From Veleropilina oligotropha (Eukaryota), in the NCBI GenBank assembly GCA_048128005.1, contig JBEUKZ010000009.1:310001-374000 (forward strand): a stretch of DNA of 64,000 bases, given 5' to 3'. The translations under genes were made by a program, and so were the position numbers. The notes below the pieces were generated by a model. That model ran no database searches, was not told where the DNA came from, and saw nothing but the letters and a program-made list of their open reading frames with translations. This document shows, in pieces, positions 22,850-36,897 of this stretch (positions within the stretch are counted from its first letter, which is position 1; each line of letters starts with the position of its first letter).

Positions 22850-23935
22850 TTACTGTAACTCATATAAAAACCCATTGAATTTGTCTTGTCCTCTATAACC
22901 TGCCCTGCTTCTTAAAATGCTCATCTAGGCGATTTTTAAGTTGGTTTACAGATGTTGAATCCACTACAGTATTAGGAAGAGCATTCCATTCATCGACAAC
23001 CCGATTTGAGAAAAAGTGTTTTCTAACGTCAAGTCAGAATCGCTTTTTGTAAATCTTGTATTGATGCCCCCTGGTATGTCTTTGGTTCATCTGAAAAAAG
23101 AAACTATTGTCGACGTTGTATTTTTCTGTAAACATTTTAAACACCTGAATCATATCACCTCTTATCCTTCTCAAAGATAATGTTGTGAGGTTCAGTGCTC
23201 TTAGTGTGTCCTTATATGGCAATTCCCTTAATTATCCTATCAATTTTGTGGCTCTTCTTTGAACTTGTTCTAGAATATTGATATCCTTTGCAAGATATGG
23301 ACACCATTCTTGCACTGCATATTGTAAATATGGTCTAACCATTTGCTTGTATAGGCGAGTTATGATGGCTTTAGATTTAAAATTAAAGTTTCTCTTTATC
23401 ATTCCCAATATTTGATTTCCCTTTTTGGCTGACTCTGCACATTGATTTGATGGTTTGAATGTCTTTTCTACCCATACACCCAAATATTTTTCTTTGGCCA
23501 CTTCTTGTAAAGTTTCTGAACCCATTTCATAATTTTAGGTATTGTTGTTATAACCCACATGCATTACTTTACATTTACTGGTGTTGAAAAGCATTTGCCA
23601 ATCCTCAGACCATTTTACCACATTATTTAAGTCACTTTGAAGTTTCTTTGCTTCTTCTTCAGTTTCGATAATTCTGTACAATTTGGTATCATCTGCAAAC
23701 TTTTTTACTAGAGATGTAATGACATCATCAATATCATTTAAATATATGAGAAACAACAATGGTCCCAAAACAGAACCTTGTGGGACTCCACTTAGTACCG
23801 GTTCCCGCTTTGACTTTATCCCATTTATTACAACCCTCTGTTTTCTATTTTCTTGCCACTTACATATCCAATTTAGTATTGGGCCTTTAATGCCATGGTT
23901 ACTTAATTTTTGTAATAGTCGTCTATGTGGTACTT
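22850..23935 (-). mobile_element. CR1-group LINE 3' fragment (RT C-terminus, decayed)
   Basis: Minus-strand GVPQGSVLGPLLFLIYLNDI, KFADDTKL, KYLGV, LRRIRGDMI, with frameshifts. Confidence 0.88.
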
Positions 23936-24019
23936 TAAGTTACGCATGTTACTCGAAAAGTACTTTAGGGATAGAAATGTGATTTTTTAACTTGTTTACT
24001 TTGTGTTAAGGTAAATGTT

Positions 24020-24965
24020 TACATGGTTTATTTTCTGATAACAAACTACAGCAGTTATTATTGCGAATTTGGTGATGCCTGTCACTATTGAGCATAATTC
24101 AGTAACATTATTGTATCCCGAAATGTTAAATTTGGTATACAAGTCAGTTATGATGAGGACACGCCACCTAATGATTTTCGTCGTTTTCGGATCCAAGATG
24201 GCGGCCATTTTGTTTGGAGAGATTTCCTGTGTGGAAAAGTTATTATCTGATTTGATTCATATTTGGTATGCGTGTTCGTTATAATGAATACATGACACCT
24301 AAAGATTTTCGTTGTTTTCGGATACAAGATGGCCTCCATGGTGGCCATTTTGTTTGACGAGATTTCTTGTGCGCGCTCTACAGTGAAAAGTTATTGTCCG
24401 ATTTGACTCATATTTGGTATGTGCTTTAGTTGTGATGAGGACATGCCGCCTAAATATTTTCGTCGTTTTCGGATCCAAGATGGCCGCCTTGGCGGTCATT
24501 TTGGTTGATTAGATTTCTTGTGCACGCTCTACAGTGAAAAGTTCTTATCCGATTTGATTCAAATTTAGTATGCATGTTAGTTACGATGAGGACACGCCAC
24601 GTAACGATTTTCGGAACCAAGATGGCCGCCTAGGCGGCCATTTTATTTGAAGAGATTTTTTGTGCGTGCTCTACGGTGAAAATTTATTTTCCGATTTGAT
24701 TCAAATTTGATATGCATGTTAGTTATGATGAGGACACACCGCCTAACGATTTCCTTTTGTTTTCAGATCCAAGATGGCCGTCGAGGCGGCCATTTTATTT
24801 GAAGATATTTCTTGTGCGCGATCTACAGCACTGAATAGTTCTAATCCGATTTGATTCAAAATTGGTATACATGTTTGGTATGATGAGGACACGGTGCCTA
24901 TTGATTTATGCTACCGTGGGAGGGGATATATCCCCTTGTCTTGCTGGTCGAGGTTTCGCTAGTTT
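24020..24965 (+). repeat. About 120-bp tandem repeats (~6 units) with CAAGATGGCGGCCATTTT motifs; HINE-like element ending CTAGT
   Basis: Recurrent GATTTGATTCAAATT...TATGATGAGGACAC...CAAGATGGCCGCC. Confidence 0.7.
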
Positions 24966-25444
24966 GTATGAATATTAATATAAATGATAAATAGTAAGTT
25001 TATTTGTTTTTTTTATATTATGTAAATATTATGTGTGTACGATGAAAGGGACATGTGCTAATCTGTAAGACTTGCTCACTGCCAATATGCATAGTAAGCT
25101 GTTAAGCTTAATGTTCACTGCGAAGCTGGAATTATCAAAATCGGAAATTAAACTGATTTTGAAATCTGGCTTCCCATTGGTTCATTCCAATGGTTTCTTG
25201 AAATGGCAGTATTTGTTGTCATTATACAAGAGCAGACTGTATACAGTGTCTAATGTCAACTTGTCCGGGTTTATTTTGAAATAAATTCAAAGCAAACCAA
25301 ACAAATAATTTAAAGATAATGTATTTCTATTATTGATAAAGTATTATATATCATTATATGTGAACACAATCGGTCAAAGGTCAGCTTATATTTTGAAAGA
25401 AGCACATCAGGCGAGCTAAATGGTGGCATTGCGACCATCTATTT

Positions 25445-26010
25445 TTATATTTGGTATACACCTTGTATACATACCATCAGGCCTTGCCTAAGTTCAAAGA
25501 TGGGGTCATGACACTGGGTCAAGGTCGTTTTCATGTATTTCCAATCTGGACTTGGAAGATTGCTTTCTGTCAAAAAGAAGACGAACCGTTGGACCTACGC
25601 TTTTCATATTGGGTATATACCTTGTATACCATCAGGTCTTGCCTAATTTCAAAGATGAGGTCAACGGGTCAAAGGTCAAGGTCATTTTCGTGTATTTCCG
25701 TTCTTGACTTGCAAGATCGCTTTCTGTCATGCACATAGAAGACGAACCGCTGGAGATATGCTTTTCATATTTGGTATCCACCGTGTATACCATCAGGCCT
25801 TGCCTAAGTGCAAAGATGGGGTCACTGGGTCAAAGGTCAAGGTCATTTTAGTGTATTTCCGTTCTTGACTTTAAAGATTGCTTTCTGTCACATAGAAGAC
25901 AAACCACTGGACCTACACCTTTCACATTTGGTATACACCATGACCTTGTATACCATCAGGCCTTGCGTAGTTCAAAGTTGGAGTCACTGGGTCAAAGGTC
26001 AAGGTCATAT
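25445..26010 (+). repeat. About 110-bp tandem repeats containing GGGTCAAAGGTCAAGGTCA
   Basis: Four to five units of ATACCATCAGGCCTTGCCTAA...GGTCAAAGGTCAAGGTC...GACGAACCGCTGGACCTA. Same family as 6560-6760. Confidence 0.75.
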
Positions 26011-27100
26011 GAACTATTGTAACATGTATAATTTCTGACAGCTACTGTGAAATTTATTATAAAGTTATTGATTATTTGATCTCTATAAATGTATTATATA
26101 CAAAAGGTGGGCCAGTATGAGAAGCATACCTCGAGTTCTAATTTAACTTTCTAATGGGTAAATTAATATTTTTGGCATATCTCTCATAATATGCTGACAA
26201 ATTTTTACAAACATGGTGACTGCATCAAGCAGTTGTTTATCTGGTGCCTTTTGCTAATTGTATGTTGCGTTGTGATTATTTACAGAGTTATGGCCCTTGT
26301 TTCAAATTTGTCTTTGCCGGAGTATATCTCGTAAACGCTTGACATTTTTTAGGTTCTAAAATTTTTAGCAGACCATTTATGATTAATTTTGTTTGAAATA
26401 TTTATTTAATGTATCTTGTGTGGTGAATTTGATACAGACTTTTATGAGGTGATCTTGAAAATATGACACGAGACAAAGTTGAGTGTGCTATTTTTAAACT
26501 GAACAACATAACGGTAAATGTCTACAGCGTGTTATAAAAATCGGATGAAGTTTTCTCAATGAGTGCATGTGTTTGCTCAATGCACTTGGCTGCTTATACA
26601 TATGCATTGGTATTGATGGCACTTGATAATCTGGCTGTGATATTCTATGGGATTTAGTATTTTTAACAATTTACATAATATGCCAATATGGGCCACCACG
26701 CAAGCATACTAAGCATATTAAAAGGCATAGCGCAGAGTCAATTGCAACTTACGGATTATTCTAAGTGCAAAATAAACGATATATTTTAAAATATAAGGAA
26801 GACTTTTGTCATATATACAATTACATGTATTATCCCCCAAGCTCAAAGGATTACTGCAAACCAGCTGACTCTTGACCATTCAAACGTCACGGACTTCATG
26901 AAATGAAAAGAAATTCCTTATGATATGCTACAAACATGACAAAAGAATTGCGAGGGTTGCATTTACTTCAATTGCAAACCCTGAAGACTTCAAGTCAGCA
27001 CTGCAATAGTCGCTATTGGATACCGTTAACACTAGCGTCAAATAATTACCTTCAAAGAAGATTGACTGTGTCAATGAATTAGCATGAGAGTGTATCATAC

Positions 27101-27689
27101 CAGGGTTTCTTCCAGAGGGTAAAATGGGTAAAATTACATACCCTCAAATTCTCCTGGGGTACCAATGCGTACCCTCAAAATTATTGGTTGTAAGAATGCT
27201 TTAATGGTGTTATTTAAATAGCAAGAGACATAAAACAAGGAACATTAGCCTTCAGTCTTCTTTCAGTAAATAGAAAACTATAAAAATCAACATGTCATTT
27301 TTGTGATGTCAAAGTGAATATATTATCATCCAGTTCAGCTCATAAATAACAATAATATGTAGTACATGTATATTAAATAGTTTTCACAGTAACAGGGACA
27401 CTCTTCTGACCAAAAAAGGCCTGCAGATGGTCAAAACTTTGTGTGTGAAACAAGACTTACAGTGTGATAATAGATGCAGTTTACTCAAAAGTAACGGAGA
27501 GGCCATTTCACAGTTGGTAAAATCAAAATTTTATTGCATGGCGCGGAACTGAAGACCGCGTACGTTGACCTATGTTCGCAAGATTTAAAAAATATATATA
27601 TATATATATATATATAAAAATTTACATTTAAAAAAAAAAAATTCCTATGAATTAGCGTACCCTCAAGTTATTTCCTGGCGGAAACACTG
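27101..27689. mobile_element. hAT-like MITE with 5-bp TSD
   Basis: TIRs CAGGGTTTCTTCCAG and CTGGCGGAAACACTG. TSD CATAC (27096-27100, 27690-27694). Subterminal TACCCTCAA motifs. Confidence 0.75.
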
Positions 27690-28848
27690 CATACGGTGCT
27701 TGAAATTGAAAAGCAATAATTTTGAGATATATTTTCGACAGTAATAATATAGTGTTTATGTTATGTAAACAATGAAGAGAAATGATCACTTTTATTCCAT
27801 AAATAAATAATCAATTTCAGCATGTTGAGCCGACCAGTTCTGGTCAGTTCACCAAAGTTGAGCATCTGTTAATTGGAATCATGGACATGTGGGAATGCCA
27901 GACATTGGCCTGGTTTGGTGCTAAAAACCATCGGATCGGATACAGAGATCAAACCTGACTGCCTTACCACCGAGTAGTTGTTAACCGTTCCTGGAATTGT
28001 TTTGAAACACTACATATATATTTTACATAGATGATTATAGGGGAGCTGCATACAGGGACTAGGCATAGGCTAAGTAGGTATACTAGTTGCCTCACGCAAA
28101 GAGTTAAAAGTGCAATACTATACACTTTTGTTATGTTTACTATTAGAACCAAATTATATTCGGAACATTTCCAGTTATCATTTGGAAGTTTTGCCAGAAC
28201 ATTAGTCGCTACCACAAGTACTGAAGTAAGATTATTTGATATTCCTTAATATTTTTCACTCTTTCTCTTCGAACTCTACAAACCATCTGTTGTTGGTGAT
28301 AACTAATTCATCTGTTATTAATTTCTCATACATTTGCATGGCATTTATATGCCACGGTCGTAATTCGGAGCACATGGGAGTAATTCATTGGATATAATTG
28401 TGTTTGAGAAGTGAATATTAGTCCAAAGGGACCAACATAGGGATGCAATTCCAAATTGATTGCCCCAATTCACGCACTGTCGCAAATGTTCTATTGAACG
28501 CCATGGATTGTGCAGGTGCAATATTGCAAAAATTTGCTCCAGTTTACAAAAGGTCGTAATCAATCAATATATATTGGAAGGATATATTGCTATTTTGATT
28601 ATGTGCTAAAAAAGGAAAAGTTCCATGCAGACGGCCTAGCAGTGGCCTACAGCATTGATTTTGAAAGTGGTTTAACCAATTCAAAGCCTTGGTGTTAGAT
28701 AACGCCTAGGTTCACGCTAATTTGGTTAAAGGGTTGCTCCCATTTCACCCATACAGATTGCTCTGTTTCGCAGGAGAGAGTTGGGATCCTCTACCCTTTG
28801 GTGTGTTAACAGTCACATTTGTTCGTAACTGGTCAGGACGGTTGCATG

Positions 28849-29112
28849 GAGGAGGAGGAATTATGCTTAATGTCCTGTATGTTTATAACATTTCAAGGTT
28901 CAAGGCAGGACATGTCCGTGTTATCGCGGGAGGAAACCCCGGTCGCCCGGGTAAACCCGCCCTCTTCGGCCAGTCACGGACAACTGTGCTTCATAACTTG
29001 AACAAATGTGTGCTGCCTCAGCCGGGGGTCGATCCCACTACCGTTCGCGTCAGCGGAAACAAGCCAGTGAATTTAGAGTGGACACTCTACCCACTGCGCT
29101 ACCGAAGCGGCC
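28849..29112 (-). mobile_element. tRNA-derived SINE with V-domain-like core
   Basis: Minus strand: A box TAGCGCAGTGG, B-box-like GGGATCGACCCC, GGGTTTACCCGGGCGACCGGGGTTTCCTCCC core, (CCT)n tail. Confidence 0.72.
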
Positions 29113-29819
29113 TGGTTGCATGGACCAGATAATCTGTGCTTTCCTCTCCTCATGAAATGGACGTCTCAGTCACCCCCCCTCAGTCACCCTCTTTGCTTTC
29201 CTCAACTTGCATCAAAGGCGAAGACTAGAAAAATCACACGTTGACAAGATATTGATGTAGAATAGAATTTTATTTTACCATTTGTATATACATTATATTG
29301 CAATTTTTAATAAATATATTGTTTTATGTAAACTAAGTATATTTAAAATGATATTTGATAATAATAATAATAGGCATACATTACATATTTCAATAACTTA
29401 TTTACAATAGGTATTTATCTATAATGTAAGTATATATGGAGGGCAAGTTCAAGAAACCCTTTCGAGCTTATGGCGAAATTGCCTCTTTATATTATGAATA
29501 CTGATATTCATATGTGCATATGGCGACATGCATGGTCGTTCATATTTGGAAATAAAATATATAATAAAATATACTTATACATATTGTATGTGTGAATATT
29601 GAAATATACAGACAATATAATAATATAATAACAATTTGTCAAGAGGTGATAAGATCAAGTCAGTGCTCTACAGTGCAACCATTTTGGTCGCCAATGCGAC
29701 AAAAAAATAAGTTTGGCGACCAACATTACAATTCAAAGTCGCACGTTGGCGACCACAGGCCATAAATTGGAAAATCTGTCTGCACACACGTGCGGGCAGC
29801 TTTATAATGAAATCCCTGG

Positions 29820-30058
29820 TTATGCCACCACCAATTTATTGGGGTGGCATTTAGATTTACTCTTGTCCGTCCCGTCCGTCCGTCCCGTCCCGTCCCGTCC
29901 GGGGCAGTATTTGCGTGTAAGCAGTATTTGCGTGTAAGCAACTCCAATCTGCTATAACTTCTATTTGCCTTCATGGATTGACTTGCTACTTTGTACACTG
30001 CCTCTATGGTCAAGGCTGCCAGTGGGGGCATTCGTGTCCGATGGACATATTTCTAGTT
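29820..30058 (+). mobile_element. Short HINE/DINE-1-like (Helentron-associated) element
   Basis: 5' ATGCCACC...GGTGGCAT inverted repeat, (GTCC/GTCCC)n microsatellite, 3' GGGGGCAT subTIR, TGTCC-GAT-GGACA stem-loop, and CTAGT in a T-run. Confidence 0.7.
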
Positions 30059-33000
30059 TTCTATCTATTATTGCATTAGTATTTTCTCATAAAATGTCCC
30101 ATTATTAATCAAATGCTTTTAAATACCTTTATTCAGTTCAGTATAGTGACTTTGTGGGTGCTTTTGAGTCTGAAAAATCGATGTTTTCATGTTTGGTCGT
30201 CATTGTTAATTTTCAAGTATTCTACCTCTATGTGGGAGCACCCATTTTGCATGTCTCTAGTGTTTTATGAAGCACAAAAAACGAAGTTTTACATAATGAT
30301 GACACTGATGTATATGATTAAAAGGAAACAAATTTTCACAGACAGGGTGTAATTCAATTTAATCCACAATAATTCTTATAATATTACATGATAATGACAT
30401 CGATTGTTTATGTTGTTTTTGGTTTTAATTGATATAAATTAAAATATATAATATTAAATTAGTGCATCAATAGTGTATTAATTTATGTTCAATAAAATTA
30501 TTTAGATGATGGTCAACATGCAGCAACAGATAATTAGCATAATGTATGTTTTTTCTTATTTAATAAAATTATAACAGTATAATTATTATTGATAGTATGT
30601 ACCGGTATCACTGTATGATGCGTAATGTAAATTAAACACGTATTTTAAATACACACAGTCATAGATTTAATAGAAATTGCTTCCACACAATTATTTCAAA
30701 TACATGCATACATTTAATAGAAACTGCTTTAAATTGGGCTGGTTAGTTTTCTGGTTGGGCTACTAGCCAGGAAGACTAAAGCAAAATTATGACCGTAGAG
30801 CATTGAAAGTATAGAGAAGAGAGAAAACTGTATATGGTTACTATTATTTAATGTGTATTATAAGTAAAATAACATTAACATGTATTTTTGTTGTTTGGAC
30901 AATGAGGTAGGTTTCAGTTTCAGGTGTGTCTGCTTATTTTGCACTTGAAAAGGGAACCTCGGAAGTGAGTCTCTAATAAAGGGTTATCACCTACTCCTAT
31001 AATGCATTCCAACAACAATTCAAGCATTCCATTGATTTGAGAAGTGTACCGTCGTCATATACCTGAATTCCACTGTCAATAGGTTGGCAATTCAAGTATG
31101 ATAAATTGGTGAAAGAAATTGTTGTATGACAAGGTTCCTTTACTTATGTCTTAAGTGTGCAATCATGATAGTATTGTCAGTATTGAGATATTTGATATTG
31201 AATAATATGTTGACATGGCTTATGGGTAGAGTACGGGCATCTGCATGTGGAGAAGTAGGAATAAATTATGTGCTTCTATTCTTCCGCTCATCTCAGTGGG
31301 TACCTGGTAGGCGACGACTGAAGTTGTCTGTATACAAATTACATGACATGATTACATATATATATATATATATTAGTCATAGCGCATTAGCTGTAAAGGG
31401 AGCTCCGCTCATGCTAGCCACTCGCACGGTCGCAATTTGCGATTCCATGCTGTTATTTGCGGAAGGAAAATAAAGTTCTTTAGCACAATATGCGAAAACG
31501 TTTCAGCTCTACGTCAAAATGGGTTTCCCTAATTGCGAAAGGAAATATCGCTTCCATTTGTTTGACATTTTTGTGTGTATTTCGGCTACTGCAAAAATCT
31601 ATCGAAATCTCAACAAATGTTATGACAAACTGCTGTGCACGAAGTAAATCTATTTTGGTCGCGTTTTGACCTGAGCAATTACTGATAAAATGTGAGCGTT
31701 TTGCAAGAATGAAAGAGATTACCGACAAATGGATTTGATTGTAAGCAGTACTAAGCTTGACGCAGAGAGCACGCAGGGGAAAATATGTGTTGTGAAACTT
31801 CTAAAGCTTATATTAAAGAGCTATTCCAACGTAATTATTTAGTGTTTACTTTTCCACTACGGTATCGATGAATTGACCCGGGGTGACATGAGCTCTTTGT
31901 ACATATCACATGCCCAGCGCTTACGGGATTTGTCACACATATTGTGACTACGATTAAACCTTACAACATATACTTTCTTTCATGTTTATTATATATATAT
32001 AATGCTTAATATGCATACAATATAAATACATATATACATTAAAAGTAAACACATTGACAAACATTAACAAATTTAATCTGCAACACGTATCGTTTATGTT
32101 GCGATAAAATATGACAGCCAAGACGAAATCCACGACACCCACAATCAAAAGTTGAAAGGTCTGGACAGGTGATTTTTTTGACAATTTACCTTTAAAATGT
32201 TCCATGTAACATGTGTACAATAACTATTTGTGTATTATGTGTACAACAAAATAACTAGATAATTGCATACATTATTTCATGTGTTAAAGCAAAATCGTAT
32301 TTGCTAAAGATAAAAATGGTCTTTTAGCAGCTTTTGCTAAAGAAGTCTCTTATTTGCTCAAAAAAAATTTGGGCCTTTAGCAACTTTTGCTAAAGGAAAT
32401 TTTTCTCTACAGTGAGCACAGGGGGGGGTAATTGTGAATTCGTGCGGATCTATGCTCCATCATCATTATATTACCCTATGGCACTGTGTCATTTTTTCTT
32501 CTGATGATTTCCCTGAAGAGAGATGTCAATGTTACGTAGTTAATGAAGATTAAAAAAAATTAAAGCTGCAAGCAGCTGTTAGGGCTCCAATTCAGGGACC
32601 AGTTTACAGGCACTCGCAAACACAGCATCTACCCACACACCAAATTTCAGCTTTCTACCCGCCATATCATCGAATTAGGTCAATTACTGCCGAACCAGTG
32701 GCGCCACTTAGCTGAAAAGTTTACAGGCGCTTAATGAACACCATATCTACCTGAAAACCAAATTTCAGCTTTCTACCCCAAAAATCTTCGAATTAGGTCA
32801 ATTACTGCCAAACCAGTGGCGCCACCTAGCTGAAAAATGTACAGGCGCTTAATAAACACCATATCTACCTGCAAACCAAATTTCAGCTTTCTACCCACAA
32901 AATCATGGAATTAGGTCAATTACTGCCGAACCAGTGGCGCCACCTAGCTGAAAAATGTACAGGCGCTTAATAAACACCATATCTACCTGCAAACCAAATT

Positions 33001-34114
33001 TCAGCTTTCTACCCCCAAAATCATGGAATTAGGTCAATTACAGCTAACTGGGTCATCTGAGGTCAAAGGTCATGGTCATTTTTGAAAGCTTACCCATGAC
33101 TTCCCATAGGCTCCCCATTGTAACTATATGTCTAAAATGCACCGTTTACAAGATACAGCCCCTTGAAACAATTTCCATAATGGCGTCCGATTTCCGCCAT
33201 CTTGGAAATGCGATGTCAAATACGTTCCCACTACCCATTGCACTCCATCCCCTGCGGTTTTTCCGAGTTCGGCAATTTTTCGCTAATTAGGTCACTGAGG
33301 TCAAAGGTCAAGGTCATTTTCGAAAGTTTACCCATGACTTCCCATAAGCTCCCCATAGTAACTATATGACTAAGATGCACCGTTTACAAGATATAGCCCC
33401 TTTAAACATTTTCAGTAATGTCGAGGCCTTCAGCTCTTTTTCAAGCCCTGAAGCCCTAATAATTATAAATATATAGAACTGGTCACTGGGACTGGGTACA
33501 TGCGTGTAGAGTCAATAAATCAGCATCATAAACTGCCTACACCAGGCAGCCTTTAGGACATCTGCAAGACCAGATCATAAAATGCCACTACTTCATTCAT
33601 GATAACATCATAAATGCTGTAATCGCCTTCGTAAGACTGTAGTAGGAATAAAAATATGTCTTATAAACATAAAAAATATTGATCATATGCATGCCAAAAT
33701 TTCCAATTAAAATGATCTTAATACAGTATAGTTTCAGTGAAAATTTAACTTAAATCGGATAATGGTGACCGCTGAAATAAAAAAGTGTGATTTTTTCAAA
33801 GTTATTGAGAGATTCAGATGGCCGTAACTGCCTTGCTTTTGTTCCGATAACATTTTCGCTTTCAAACATTGTTCTTCACATAGTGAAGATCATTATTTAG
33901 GAACATCGCGTAGCTCACTTTAGCCGTTTGGCCGAAGAAGATGGTACAAAAAGGTGCTTTTTTAAAGAAAAAACCTTAATTGCCGCTAAGCCAGTGGCGC
34001 CGCATAGCAGAAATTAAGTGCGATTCAACTTCAGTACCATAGCTACATGTTTACCATTTTTAGAGTTTTTGATTTAAGCGGTTTGGAAGTTATCACTGGT
34101 ACAAAACTCAGCCG

Positions 34115-34157
<43 letters not shown>

Positions 34158-34846
34158 TAAAGCTGCAAGCAGCTGTGAGGGCTCCAATTCAGGGACCAGT
34201 TTACAGGCACTCGCAAACACAGCAACTACCCACACACCAAATTTCAGCTTTCTACCTGCCATATCATCGAATTAGGTCAATTACTGCCGAACCAGTGGCG
34301 CCACCTAGCTGAAAAATGTACAGGCGCTTAATAAACACCATATCTACCTGCAAACCAAATTTCAGCTTCCTACCCCCAAAATCATGGAATTAGGTCAATT
34401 ACTGCCGAACCAGTGGCGCCACCTAGCTGGAAAAATGTACAGGCGCTTAATAAACACCATATCTACCTGCAAACCAAATTTCAGCTTTCTACCCCCAAAA
34501 TCATGGAATTAGGTCAATTACAGCTAACTGGGTCATCTGAGGTCAAAGGTCATGGTCATTTGTGAAAGCTTACCCATGACTTCCCATAGGCTCCCCATTG
34601 TAACTACATGTCTAAGATGCACCGTTTACAAGATACAGCCCCTTGAAACAATTTCCATAATGGCGTCCGATTTCCGCCATCTTGGAAATGCGATGTCAAA
34701 TACGTTCCCACTACCCATTGCATTCCATCCCCTGCGTTTTTCCGAGTTCGGCAATTTTTCGCTAATTAGGTCACTGAGGTCAAAGGTCAAGGTCATTTTC
34801 GAAAGTTTCCCCATGACTTCCCATAAGCTCCCCATAGTAACTATAT

Positions 34847-35158
34847 AATAATAATAATAATAATAAAGAAGATTTCTATAGCGCCTAATCTGCAGGTGAG
34901 CCCTAGGCGCTTTACAAAATGCAGTAAAAGGATTAATAATAAAACTGCGTAATATTATACATATATACATAGAAGAGAACAAATAGTGAATAGTGGATTT
35001 ACTGAAAGAGGACAGTTTTTAGAGAAGTTTTAAAAGAGCTGACGGAAGTGGAGTGTCGTACAGAAAAAGGGAGCGTGTTCCAGAAAGTGGGACCTTGATA
35101 TTGAAAAGAACGTTGACCGAAAGATTTGGTGCGGGTGGATGGGAGGCAGAAAATGCGA
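34847..35158 (-). mobile_element. L2-like LINE 3' end inserted in the array
   Basis: Interrupts GTAACTATAT-GTCTAAGATGC, which is contiguous at about 39561-39581. Minus-strand FGQRSFQYQGPTFWNTLP..SFKTSLKT and a (TTA)n tail. Confidence 0.8.
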
Positions 35159-35759
35159 TCTAAGATGCACCGTTTACAAGATATAGCCCCTTTAAACATT
35201 TTCAGTAATGGCGTCCAAGTCAGCTGGTGGGAAAAAGGAGAGAAAATAAATAATGATAATTATAAATATATAGAACTGGTCACTGGGACTGAGTACATGC
35301 GTGTAGAGTCAATAAATCAGCATCATAAACTGCCTACACCAGGCAGCCTTTACGACATCTGCAAGACCAGATCATAAAATGCCACAACTTCATTCATGAT
35401 AACATCATAAATGCTGTAATCGCCTTCCTAAGACTGTAGTAGGAATAAAAATATGTCTTATAAACATAAAAAATATTGATCATATGCATGCCAAAATTTC
35501 CAATTAAAATGATCTTAATACAGTATAGTTTCAGTGAAAATTTCACTTAAATCGGATAATGGTGACCGCTGAAATAAAAAAGTGTGATTTTTTCAAAATT
35601 ATTGAGAGATTCAGATGAAACTGGCAATTTAGTACTGTGCTTGTCAAGTTACGACAAATTGAAAATGCAATTTGAGATGAAAGACAATACCGACACTGAC
35701 GCTCCGAGTGTTTTTTTATAATCCTAAGCTTAATCTTAAAATCTGATTAGCACTCACTG

Positions 35760-36897
35760 AACGTGATTACGCCAGCTAATTCCATGAAAGATTACCAACT
35801 AACACATTTAACAAGAGGAAAGAAAAACAAAGTACCGCCAGCATTATGTAACGTTCACCTTGAAATGCGTGCTAAGATTACCCACTATTATATCGACAAC
35901 AGTGTTGCGAAAGCCGCTCGGAAGTTTACGACAGACTTTGGTAAAAAAAGTCAGCGAATCATCAGTACGCAGTATGAGGGACCAATTCGTCAAATTAAAA
36001 AAACAGGTAAACATAGTAACATACCGTTAGTAATATCGACTTTTGTTTTTATACAAAATGTACACCGCTGTTATAATTATTTCGGCAAATCAGTAACAGT
36101 GCTAAAGGAGAACATTATATGGATAAAAACATCGGTTATTTCCGCCGATATCGGAAACGTACGAAGTGTAATGAGTAGAATAAAAAGTAGATTGATAGAC
36201 GTTTACTATTATTAAACGGGTTTTTGACATTTATATTATAATAAGTTTTATTTTTGTTTATATGAGTTGACAATCTGACAAATCTTCCAAACGCTCACCC
36301 AGAGGAGAACTTACTGACCCTACTAATAAAAGGATAACGGAATTATCCTTTTGTGCGTTCCGGCTTGTTGCCCCGACATAACAGCTTCAGCCGTTGGATT
36401 TAACGGTTAACAAAGAATACAAAGACATTTTGAGAGGGTCTGGCGTCCACACTGAAACCCATTCATGTCAACTGGATTATTTATGCTCACAAGGAAGTGA
36501 CGCAACGCAGGCAATTGATTTCGAATGGATTTGCCGAAACTGGACTAATTACCAATTAAATGGTGTTTTTATAACACCAACTTATCACAGTTACTGATAC
36601 ATGCAAGTATCAGAAGTATTTAATGTACGCATATTTATCTGTAAATATCTATAATTTTATCCCTTGATATATATATGTACAAAACTATGTATATAAGATA
36701 GCATTAACATAAAATTTAGTAGTATCTATTTCGTCTTGTTTTAAATGTTCACCATTTCCAAAATGGCCGCCAACGGATATCCAAGATTAAAACTGACTGG
36801 GCGACGCATATTTCGTTGGGACTTTAAATTCGTGGTTTAGCCTACCCACGAAAACCACGAAAATTGGTACCCCACGAAAATTAATGATTCTACAGTA
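35760..36897 (+). mobile_element. Decayed pogo-like transposase remnant
   Basis: HTH-like RAKITHYYIDNSVAKAARKF, DDE_1-like QLQPLDLTVNKEYK near 36385, and a TIR-like end CCACGAAAATTAATGATTCTACAGTA. Confidence 0.5.

Noticed and set aside
31126..31225. Hydrophobic ORF start as the transmembrane first exon for the MGAT4-like exon
   Set aside because: Phase is compatible, but the donor (GTAGAG) is weak and no homology is recognisable.
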